A DNA stretch of 64,000 nt from Bdellovibrionales bacterium. GTDB lineage: Bacteria > Bdellovibrionota > Bdellovibrionia > Bdellovibrionales > UBA1609. A model generated the notes under the pieces. It was given only the letters and a program-made list of their open reading frames with translations. It made no database searches and was not told the origin of the DNA. The position numbers and the translations under genes are program-made. Below, one piece after another: positions 50,356 to 58,980 of the stretch. The stretch spans positions 640,001-704,000 of the forward strand of contig CBDHDF010000011.1 in assembly GCA_965261545.1 (NCBI GenBank), written 5' to 3'. The first letter of the stretch is position 1. Every line of letters starts with the position of its first letter.

Positions 50356-53307
50356 TTATTCTTTATTTAGTGGATACTTTCTGGCGACCACATCTTTGGC
50401 CACTTGAAAGGCAGAGGCAAGATGGTCTCTTTGTGAAGCCACACCTTGGGCTGAATCGAGGCGCCCCCCTCCCTTGCCCTTCATGGGAGAGACAATTTTT
50501 TGCAATAATTTGCCTGCGGGAATAGATTTGGCCCAGTCTTTGGTGACACTCACAAGGACGGGGTGCTGCCCCTTTTGGCTTTGTTCACCACTGCCATGGA
50601 CCTGCTGGTCTGAACCAACGATAACGACGACTCCCGATTTTATTTTAGAGCGAAGTTGGTCGCCAATGTCCCTAAGGAGGGCTCGGTCTTCCATATCGAT
50701 GTCCACCAGGACAAGTTTCCCTTCCACCCCATTATGGGCAAAGGGGTAAGCGCTTTTGATGAGGGAGTTTATATCAATAGATTGGCTTTTCAATTCTTTG
50801 ATAGTTTTTTGAAGTTTTTTAATTTCATTTTGTTTTTTGTGAACCCAATCCATAATGGTGCTGGTGCTGGTGCTGGTGCTGGTGCTGGTGCTGGTACAAT
50901 CATGGGTGTCACAGGTGTTGGCACTGGCATGGGTATGGTGTGAATCTTCAAAGCTTTGCCATTTTGTTGGGAGGTGGAGGTGTTCGCGAATCCGCAGGTT
51001 TTCCTCGGTATGTTTGAATAAATAATGGGCAGCTTCATCTCCTGTGATAGCTTCCACTCGTCGGACCCCAGCGCTAATACCAACCTCACTGACAATTTTA
51101 AATAGGCGAATCATCCCCGTATTGGAAACATGGGTTCCTCCGCAAAGTTCTATGGAAAAATCACCCATTTGCACCACTCGAACTTTTTCTCCGTATTTTT
51201 CACCAAACAAGGCCAAAGCTCCTGCGGAGCGAGCCATTTCGGGGGTCATAATTTGTGTTTGAACATCGGTGGTTCTAGAAATAGCTTCATTGACCTGCTT
51301 TTCCACCTGGGAGATATCTTTCATGGAGAGGGGTTGGTTATGGGTGAAGTCAAAACGAAGTCGCTGGGTCTCCACAAGGGACCCCGCTTGCCGAACATGG
51401 TGTCCAAGGACTTGGCGTAGGGCGGAGTGCATTAAGTGTGTGGCTGAGTGATTTCTGGTGGTGCTTCGACGCTTTAACTCTATGACATGTAGCGTGGCCT
51501 GGACTCCCACTTTGATTTCGCCCTTAAGAACTTGGAGGTGATGAAAGAAGATATCATTTTCTTGGGTGCAGTCTATGACCTCAGCCATGCCGCCATCCCT
51601 ACCATCGTTGACCTTAGCCATGCCATTATCGTTGGGAAAAAAAATAGTGCCTGAATCTCCCACTTGTCCGCCCCCTTCGGCGTAAAAACTTGATCCATTG
51701 AAAATGGCAAATCCGCTTTCTCCTGGGGAGAGAGATTCGACGGTTTCGGTTCCATTGGAAAGCAAAAGTAGTTTTTCGGAGTGCTGAATTTGGGTGTGTC
51801 CCACAAATTCTGTGGGTCCAAATTCTTGCCTGATCTGTTGTGCTATTTTGATTATATGGGCTCTGTCATTGGGGATACTTTTTGTTTTCCATGAGGTCTT
51901 AGCCTTTTTCTTGGCTTCTTTCATATGTTTTTCAAAGCCTGCTTGGTCTACATCCACACCGTTTTCTTGGGCGATGAGCCGTGTGAGGTCTACGGGAAAG
52001 CCATAAGTGTCGTAGAGTTTAAACACCACCTCACCGCTGAGAATAGGAAACCCCGATTGAGGCAATTTATTTAAAACCTGTTTAAGGAGGTGATTTCCCT
52101 GATCTAGGGTTTTAAGAAATCGCTGCTCTTCATCTTGAACTCTAGAGAGAATAAGATCCCTTTGATCCAAAAGCTCTCCATAGGGGGAACTCATTTCTTG
52201 AATAACAGTCTGAACCACATGGTGAAGGAGGCCATCCTCTTGGGTGAGTTGTCTGCCATATCGAACCGCTCGGCGAATGATTCTGCGAAGAACGTAGCCG
52301 CGCCCTTCGTTGGAGGGCAGAACGCCGTCAGCAATAAGAAAGGCGGAAGCTCTGGCGTGGTCAGCGAGAACTTTGAGGGCAATGTTGGTCTTGTCGCTGG
52401 TGGAGCCTGGAGAGGCATGGAGTTCAAAGTGGGATGAGGATTTATCACAGGCCGCCGAAATGAGCTTTTGAAATAAATCGATGTGGTAGTTGCTCACTTG
52501 ATTTTGGAGCACACAGGCGAGCCTTTCCAGGCCGGCCCCTGTGTCAATAGAAGGGTTGGGCAGGGGGGTTCGTTTGCCATGGGGACCTTCCACAAATTGC
52601 ATAAAAACGAGGTTCCAAATCTCCATGTAACGATCCCCTTCGCCTCCGAGGGTGTTGTTGTCTACTCCTTTTCCTTTCCTCTGTATGCCAGGTATACGAG
52701 CTATGTTTGCTGGTATGCCCGGTATACTGGGTAGGTCCGGTAGGCCCTCATTCACACCATTCATACTTTCACCGAGGTCATAGTAAACCTCAGAGCATGG
52801 ACCACAGGGTCCCACATCTCCCATTCTCCAAAAGTTGTCTTTTTCGCCAAACCTGCGAATGCGATCTTTGGGAATGCCCTCTTGTTTGTGCCAAATATCA
52901 AAGGCTTCATCATCGGATTCAAACACAGTCACCCAAAGTCGATCCTTGGGAAGAGCGAGTGTGTTTGTAAGAAAGTTCCAGGCGTAGTGGATGGCTTCTT
53001 TTTTAAAGTAATCACCAAAGGAAAAATTTCCCAGCATTTCAAAAAATGTATGGTGTCGATCTGTGTACCCCACCTTTTCAAGGTCGTTGTGTTTTCCGCC
53101 GGCCCGTACACATTTTTGGACGGTGACGGCTCTGGGATTTTTTCGTTCTTTTAAACCAAGGAAGGTATTTTTAAACTGGTTCATCCCCGCATTGACGAAA
53201 AGGAGAGTGGGATCATTTTCAGGAATAAGCCGAGAGCTGGGGAGGTGTTCATGCCCCTGTTGTGCAAATGAATTTATAAAGGTTTTTCTGAGTTCATTGA
53301 TCTTCAT
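50356..53307 (-). CDS. alaS: Alanine--tRNA ligase
   Basis: DPTLLFVNAGMNQFK, HHTFFEMLGNFSFGDYFK, DTGAGLERL, HSATH, ELCGGTH, KGGG. Confidence 0.99.
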   Translation of the reverse strand: MKINELRKTFINSFAQQGHEHLPSSRLIPENDPTLLFVNAGMNQFKNTFLGLKERKNPRAVTVQKCVRAGGKHNDLEKVGYTDRHHTFFEMLGNFSFGDYFKKEAIHYAWNFLTNTLALPKDRLWVTVFESDDEAFDIWHKQEGIPKDRIRRFGEKDNFWRMGDVGPCGPCSEVYYDLGESMNGVNEGLPDLPSIPGIPANIARIPGIQRKGKGVDNNTLGGEGDRYMEIWNLVFMQFVEGPHGKRTPLPNPSIDTGAGLERLACVLQNQVSNYHIDLFQKLISAACDKSSSHFELHASPGSTSDKTNIALKVLADHARASAFLIADGVLPSNEGRGYVLRRIIRRAVRYGRQLTQEDGLLHHVVQTVIQEMSSPYGELLDQRDLILSRVQDEEQRFLKTLDQGNHLLKQVLNKLPQSGFPILSGEVVFKLYDTYGFPVDLTRLIAQENGVDVDQAGFEKHMKEAKKKAKTSWKTKSIPNDRAHIIKIAQQIRQEFGPTEFVGHTQIQHSEKLLLLSNGTETVESLSPGESGFAIFNGSSFYAEGGGQVGDSGTIFFPNDNGMAKVNDGRDGGMAEVIDCTQENDIFFHHLQVLKGEIKVGVQATLHVIELKRRSTTRNHSATHLMHSALRQVLGHHVRQAGSLVETQRLRFDFTHNQPLSMKDISQVEKQVNEAISRTTDVQTQIMTPEMARSAGALALFGEKYGEKVRVVQMGDFSIELCGGTHVSNTGMIRLFKIVSEVGISAGVRRVEAITGDEAAHYLFKHTEENLRIREHLHLPTKWQSFEDSHHTHASANTCDTHDCTSTSTSTSTSTSTIMDWVHKKQNEIKKLQKTIKELKSQSIDINSLIKSAYPFAHNGVEGKLVLVDIDMEDRALLRDIGDQLRSKIKSGVVVIVGSDQQVHGSGEQSQKGQHPVLVSVTKDWAKSIPAGKLLQKIVSPMKGKGGGRLDSAQGVASQRDHLASAFQVAKDVVARKYPLNKE
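50856..50896. repeat. (tggtgc)n hexamer repeat encoding a Thr-Ser run inside alaS
   Basis: About 6.8 consecutive copies. Confidence 0.95.
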
Positions 53308-53400
53308 AATATTTTAGGACTTTCTAATCTCACAAATCTCATTGACTTTTTATACCACTGAATTTTCATAGACTACAATTTTCATAGCACCTATGACTAT

Positions 53401-53488
53401 GTATGGTCAATGTCATTCGTCTATGAAAAAGTATGGTCAATGTCATTCGTCTCACCAAAGCACCATACAGATCACCAAAGCACCATAT
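53401..53488. repeat. Two adjacent short direct duplications between menA and alaS
   Basis: gtatggtcaatgtcattcgtct x2 (53401, 53431) and tcaccaaagcaccata x2. Confidence 0.9.
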
Positions 53489-54759
53489 AAAAATGTCGTT
53501 AGGATGGAGGCCCTGTGGAGCTTCCCTAGGGCGGAAGATAGGGAAGAGTCAATGGCAAGAATTCTTTTTACTAAATAGAAACTCCATCCTAGAACAACTG
53601 CAAGAACAGTCCATACCCATAAAATCGACCACCCCAATCCCAAGGCCTGCTCCGCCCCTAAAGTCATGCTCCCTCCCAAAATCTCCAGGGAGTTGCGTCC
53701 CGGCAAAAATGATTCCAATGAACGAAGTAAATCCAGTGATCCCAAGGAACCAAGGGAATCAAATTTTATGATTCCTTTCTCTATGAAGAAATAAAAATGT
53801 AAAATCAAGCAAAAAAGAGCATTAGCAAATATCTGAAAGCTCAACCACCACTTTCCACGATCAAACCCCAAACGCCTCATCAAGGTTCTCACACCAGCTT
53901 GCTCATCAAGCATTAAATGTTGAAAATGCTTAAAACTTAAGGCCGTAGCTGCCACCCCTCCCCAGAAAAAACCAAACAGGAGGTGCTGAAAATGAAAACT
54001 TCCTGTGGTGGCAAAGGCGAACCCTATCACAGAGAATGGGCCCAAACACAGGTAGATCACAAGCTCTCCTACTCCCAAAGCCTTAAAGCCTCGCCCTTTG
54101 AGGGAGTAACCCACCAAGCCTATAATGGAAAACAGGGAAACAATCACCAGTGTGAATGGGCGAAACCATAAAATAGGAAGACCAGCACCCATACCAAGAA
54201 GCAGCCACACCTTGGCATATTGGTGAATTTGCTTCGCACTCATCCACCCCTTTTTCAAAACAGGGTTGATACGGTATCTTCCTACTCCATCCGTCCCAGT
54301 GATATAATCAGAAGAATCATTGAATAAAAACACAGCCAAGTAAAAACATAATAAACTCCATAGAGACAAAGCCATGGAGAGGCCATGAACCTCCCCTTTT
54401 CTAAAACCCAAGTAAACAAATAAAATGGGGATGCAGGTCAAGGGAAGCCAGCCCCAGCGAAGGGATTTGAACAAAATCACGAACCAAGAAGGACGAGATA
54501 TAGAGGCTATATCCACAACCCTAAATGTGATATGGGAAAGGTAGCCATTTAAACTTGGAATAGGAATCGCCCTTTGTGTTGTGGAAAAAGTGCCTTGAAG
54601 ATAATTTTTGAGCTGGGGGTCCCCCAAGGAAAAAGTGATGTATTTGGAAACATCCACTTTTTTTGGGGGAAGAAGCATGATACTTTTTTTTTCAAGCATA
54701 ACACTTTCTTTTTCAGGTACGACACTTTCTTGGTTCACAGCCACATGGTTTTCCTTCAT
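53452..54759 (-). CDS. menA: UbiA-family prenyltransferase, MenA-like, with N-terminal extension
   Basis: NDSSDYITGTD, YSL..RGFKALGVGE, DEQAGVRTL..RLG; multiple TM helices. Confidence 0.75.
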   Translation of the reverse strand: MKENHVAVNQESVVPEKESVMLEKKSIMLLPPKKVDVSKYITFSLGDPQLKNYLQGTFSTTQRAIPIPSLNGYLSHITFRVVDIASISRPSWFVILFKSLRWGWLPLTCIPILFVYLGFRKGEVHGLSMALSLWSLLCFYLAVFLFNDSSDYITGTDGVGRYRINPVLKKGWMSAKQIHQYAKVWLLLGMGAGLPILWFRPFTLVIVSLFSIIGLVGYSLKGRGFKALGVGELVIYLCLGPFSVIGFAFATTGSFHFQHLLFGFFWGGVAATALSFKHFQHLMLDEQAGVRTLMRRLGFDRGKWWLSFQIFANALFCLILHFYFFIEKGIIKFDSLGSLGSLDLLRSLESFLPGRNSLEILGGSMTLGAEQALGLGWSILWVWTVLAVVLGWSFYLVKRILAIDSSLSSALGKLHRASILTTFLYGALVICMVLW

Positions 54760-55068
54760 ATTGTTAGACGACAATTAAAATTGGCCATTTTTATAAGCCG
54801 TCGCCAATGAAAAACGGCCAGTTGATGATGTACTGATTTAGTTATTCTTCGTTCAGAGTTTAGTCAAGTGTCTTTATTTTGTTCATCATTTAACTCGGAC
54901 TATGCTACAAGATTCTGAGGAATGATTTTCTGCCCACCACTTTTGGCATGACCCCAAATGCATCCTTCAGACCTATGGCAGAGTAAATGGAGTATTTTTT
55001 TTCAGGATTCCTTGGAGCAGTTAATGTCTAAAGCTCCGCGAGAGTGACGAGCAAATAGTACGGTAGAA

Positions 55069-55141
55069 GCCAGTTATCCACAAATTTATCCATGGTGACG
55101 CTGCGTCTGTGACCCCGATGTCTATCAACGCAGCGCTGCCG
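55069..55141. repeat. REP-like hairpin repeat copy 1 (right arm interrupted)
   Basis: gttatccacaaatttatccatggtgacgctgc...gcagcgctgccg; homologous to 56000-56089. Confidence 0.7.
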
Positions 55142-55313
55142 GTGTGCCCAGCACAATATAGGAGGTAACGACTATAGAAAGCTGACATGATGATGGTGGT
55201 AGGTCCACCGTTCTCGATTTACAGGAATTGGGAACAAACAACCCTAAGCTGCGCAGGGGGCAAGACCTGGGTGGTGAGCGTTAGGGAAAAGGCCAGAATA
55301 ACTGGTCATGTGT
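55142..55313 (+). mobile_element. 5' fragment (domain I) of a group II intron
   Basis: Starts GTGTGCCCAGC (GUGYG rule). ATATAGGAGGTAAC...GACATG...AAACAACCCTAAGC.GCG...GGTGAGCGTTAGGGAAAAGG recalls bacterial class E-type domain I. Nested stems ggtgg/ccacc and ccctaa/ttaggg. Confidence 0.65.
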
Positions 55314-55998
55314 CAATGCCGTTTCCTTAAGAAAAATCTCTTAAAATCATTAGATAAATCGACAAGAATAAGACTTGTTTTATTTTACACCCAACCCTCA
55401 ACCAAGGAGTAAGTCACATGCAATCCAATATTGATCTCGAAAGCCCCCAAATGACGAGTTCGCGTCACAGATGACCATTTTATTCTACCAAAACTTGATT
55501 CTTCCTTCTAAAGATTTTTTAAAGGAGGGTTATTGTGGGTACCCTTGCCCAAATGAGATGGAAACTCATTTCTTACGTATGTATCTATCTCATGCTTATG
55601 ACGTTTTATCGGGTGTGACATGGAGTAGTGGCACTCAACAAGCCTTAATGGAATATTGCAAGAGCTGTATTCTTATTTTTGGCTCTTCAATTATACAAAG
55701 ATTCAAATGAGCATAAATGAGGATGAAGACAGTGTGAATCAGTTGGTAAAAAATGACTACAAAAAACCTAACTTTAAACTGATTCTTGATTTCATAATGG
55801 ATAGCATCCCTCTTTTTGTTGCGGGGCTCTATCAGAAATTTAGGAAGCAGATAAAGTTGCTGATGAAGATTTCAATGGAGAAGAGGAGGCACTTCAAAAG
55901 AAGCTATGAAAGGTCTATCAAAAGGGCTGGGAGTTCTTTTAAAAGAAATAGCTTAACGCAGAGGCAGAGGGGTGTGGTGGCTTAAGGAAACGGCATTG
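55314..55998 (+). mobile_element. Internally deleted, decayed IS4-family element (685 bp)
   Basis: Perfect 18-bp terminal IR CAATGCCGTTTCCTTAAG, IS4-like. Residual SD+ATG at ~55419 and a broken transposase C-terminus (E*WHSTSLNGILQELY..WLFN...RSYERSIKR). Confidence 0.8.
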
Positions 55999-55999
55999 A

Positions 56000-56089
56000 C
56001 CACAGACTCATCCATGGCGACGCTGCGGCTTGGCCCTCGGGAGCCACAATAAAGCAGCGCTGCTGTGGGTGAGTCTTGTGGATAACGGC
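56000..56089. repeat. REP-like hairpin repeat copy 2 (left tip cut by IS4)
   Basis: ccacagactcatccatggcgacgctgc pairs with gcagcgctgctgtgggtgagtcttgtgg. Confidence 0.75.
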
Positions 56090-56235
56090 GGGCTCTCCAC
56101 ACAAGTGGTTTGGTAGCCCTGTCCTCCGTGTTTTTATGTACAAATCTTAGAAATAACCTGTACATCCAGTTTTTAGCTATTTCCCTAGGGAATTTGGACT
56201 TTAAGCTCCGAGAAACTCGGATATAGCCGTTTTGT

Positions 56236-56610
56236 TTACCACCACCATTTTGATAGAATACTATTCCATTTAGGCGGTGCTTTATCCTCATTGTTCTCTT
56301 TGAGTTTACGTAAAACCTTGAAGTAGTTTGAGTTGATCACAATAACATTTAATATTAGGAGACCCATTGCAAATTTGAAAAATTGGTCCACCCATAACAA
56401 GTCAGGATATTTGGCCTTGAAAGTGAAGCTCAAAATGACAATCGCAATGGTAATAAAACTACATATCTTCATCCAAGGCTTTTGCATTTTAAATATCTTA
56501 CGCCGAACATATTTTATGTTTCTGTAGCGTTCTCGCCCATCTTTAGTAAAATAATGATACCAAATTGAAACAGCAGTAATGATAACAGCAATGAGACATA
56601 GTGGACCCAT
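56236..56610 (-). CDS. Small basic membrane protein (3 TM), hypothetical
   Basis: SD GGAGGT, ATG, three hydrophobic segments, AT-rich. Confidence 0.6.
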   Translation of the reverse strand: MGPLCLIAVIITAVSIWYHYFTKDGRERYRNIKYVRRKIFKMQKPWMKICSFITIAIVILSFTFKAKYPDLLWVDQFFKFAMGLLILNVIVINSNYFKVLRKLKENNEDKAPPKWNSILSKWWW

Positions 56611-57379
56611 TTAAAACCTCCCTAAACACTACAGAAAATGAATTTATAAAATAAAAATTTGATGAATCAGACCTCAGCGCAGCACTGCGTTCCATTTTGG
56701 TCAAGGAGGAAGATTGTGAAGGCTCCCCAATGAACTTATCGGATTCCCAAACCAAAAATTAAATCCTACCGACCAATCTCAGTGGACCTCTATGATGATT
56801 TTCTTTTTCATTTCTGGGAAAAATCTTAGTTAGTTCCTGTCCAGGGAAGAAAGTTAAGTAGTTTTAAGTATTTACATGCCTTCCCTTTAGATTTTATGCT
56901 TTAAAATGGAGTCCATCAAACATAATCCGTGTAAATTCAGTTACTTACATAAAACGGAAAAATAAAATAAGTTCCCCCCCCCTCTCTTGACGAACCTTTC
57001 ACAGCCCCTCCCTTTCAGTGACTTATGTGGCTATCAACTGGTTACTTGATATGAGAGGAAGAGTTGGATCAACCTGTGTTTCCACCGTGGTGATTTCAAA
57101 CCTCCTTCAGGGAAATAACATTACGTTGCGCATCAACTTCAAAAAATACTTGACGTGTTTTTTCAGAGAAATAATTTTTGATATTTTATTCTTCATTTAT
57201 TTTTTATGTAGGTTTTAGGAGGCGTGGGAACCTCTCTATGAGGTAGAATTCTTATCCATGTTCTCCGAGAACCTCTCTGATTTTTTTCTTCTTAAAAGAC
57301 ATCCTTGCTCACTTTTTTCCCTCAAAAAAACGTATGTTAATATAAAAATTAAAGAGAAACTTTCACCAAAGGGGGTACT

Positions 57380-58290
57380 ATGCGCCATTTGAAGAAGACA
57401 CAGTTGGGACTCTTTTCCCAATATCCTAACCACCAACTCAGTACAGAATTGCAGCAAATTAATAACATCATTGATCGCCATCCAGAGTTTGCCCATATGG
57501 TTCATGAAGACCTTGTTAAAGAAAAGAAAGATTCTGGTGATATTGGTATGACATCGGAGCAAGTTCTCAAGGTGGCTATTCTTAAATCCATAAGAGGTCT
57601 TTCCTATCGTGCGTTAGCCTTTAATCTTGTCGATTCAGTATCCACCAGAGCTTTTCTGGGCCTTGAATTGGAAGAAAATTACGCTCACTCCACCTTACAG
57701 GACTTGATTGTTCAAATAAGTGAAGAAACTTGGGGAATTATTAGCGCCTCTTTAGTTTCAGATGCAAGAGATCAAAAGATTGAGCCGTGTAAGAAAATGA
57801 GATTGGACAGTACAGTGACGAAATCAAATATTCATCATCCAACGGATGCATCGCTTTTATATGACTGCATAAGAGTTACAGAAAGAGAATTTAAAAAAGT
57901 TCGTAAAAATGTCATGAAAGATTTTTGGCGACTTATTTCAAGAGAAGATCTTAAGAGAGCAAAAACCTTTCTTTACAAAATTAATAATTCCAAAAATGAT
58001 GCGGAAAGACTACCTTGCTATAAGGAGCTTTTAAAAATCGCTACCAAATTGAACAAAGGATTACCTGATACCATCAGAAAGATAAAAAAAGAACAAAAAT
58101 GTGTGAAGATGAATGCTTTGAAAAAGAGTCTAAAACAGTTAGAAAATGTTGCCTTCTACCTGGAAAAAATCATCTTTCAAACTCAAAAAAGAGTTATTGA
58201 GGGGAAAAAAGTATCTTCTGAAAAAAAGGTCCTATCCATCTTTGAACCGCATACAGACATTATTGTAAAGGGGCAAAGAGAAGTCGAGTT
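57380..58290 (+). pseudogene. DDE transposase, 5' part (disrupted by IS3)
   Basis: Matches 59215-60579 up to REVEF; RLDST..SNIHHPTD, SIFEPHTDII. Confidence 0.92.
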
Positions 58291-58365
58291 TATAGTGGAC
58301 CCCAAAAACAGACTGGTTGCTAAGTTACACCGCAGCGGGTAAAAAGCCCCTCATAGGAGGGGATA

Positions 58366-58980
58366 ATGAGAAAGAAACACAGCGCACAATTTAAGGCCAG
58401 AGTCGCACTTGACGCCATTCGTGAGACTGACACAATGGCAGAGTTGGCCTCCAAGCATGGAGTTCACCGCATCCAAATCCAAGATTGGAAGAAGCAAGCT
58501 ATTGAAGCCATTCCTAAGGCCTTAGCGAGCAAAAAAAAGGACAACAACGAGGTAGAAGAACAAAGAAAAACCATTGATGAATTGTATCGGCAAATAGGGC
58601 AGTTAAAGGTTGAAAATGATTGGTTAAAAAAAAATCTGAGAGCTTCAATGCCTGAGAAAAAAGCCGCTATCAATTGGAAACATCCAAATATTTGTGTCAC
58701 TCGCCAATGTGAGTTGCTAGGACTCTCTAAGGGAGCCTTGTACTACAAGCCCATACCTGAGAGTGCCTACAACTTAAAACTGATGAGTTTAATTGACAAA
58801 CAGTACTTGGAGACCCCTTTTTATGGGAGCCGTAAAATGGCAGCTCACTTAAGACTTAATGGCCATGGGGTCAACCGCAAGAGGATTCAGCGGCTCATGG
58901 AAAAGATGTGTCTTTTCGCTATCTTCCCAGGTCCAAACACCAGTCAGCGAAACCATCAGCATAAGGTTTATCCCTACCTA
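58366..58980 (+). pseudogene. IS3 OrfA-OrfB 5' part (disrupted)
   Basis: [51 protein letters not shown]. Confidence 0.92.

Noticed and set aside
55074..56085. Perfect DnaA boxes (TTATCCACA at 55074, TGTGGATAA at 56077 and ~62760) suggesting oriC
   Set aside because: They are sparse, two form the arms of a hairpin repeat among mobile debris, and there is no dnaA/dnaN/gidA context or box cluster.
55069..56089. Hairpins as integron attC sites
   Set aside because: The ends run GTTA...TAAC, the opposite of RYYYAAC...GTTRRRY, and there is no integrase or cassette array.
55953..56291. 112-aa minus-strand ORF
   Set aside because: It runs through the hairpin repeat and the IS4 end, so it is a chimeric reading with no recognisable motif.
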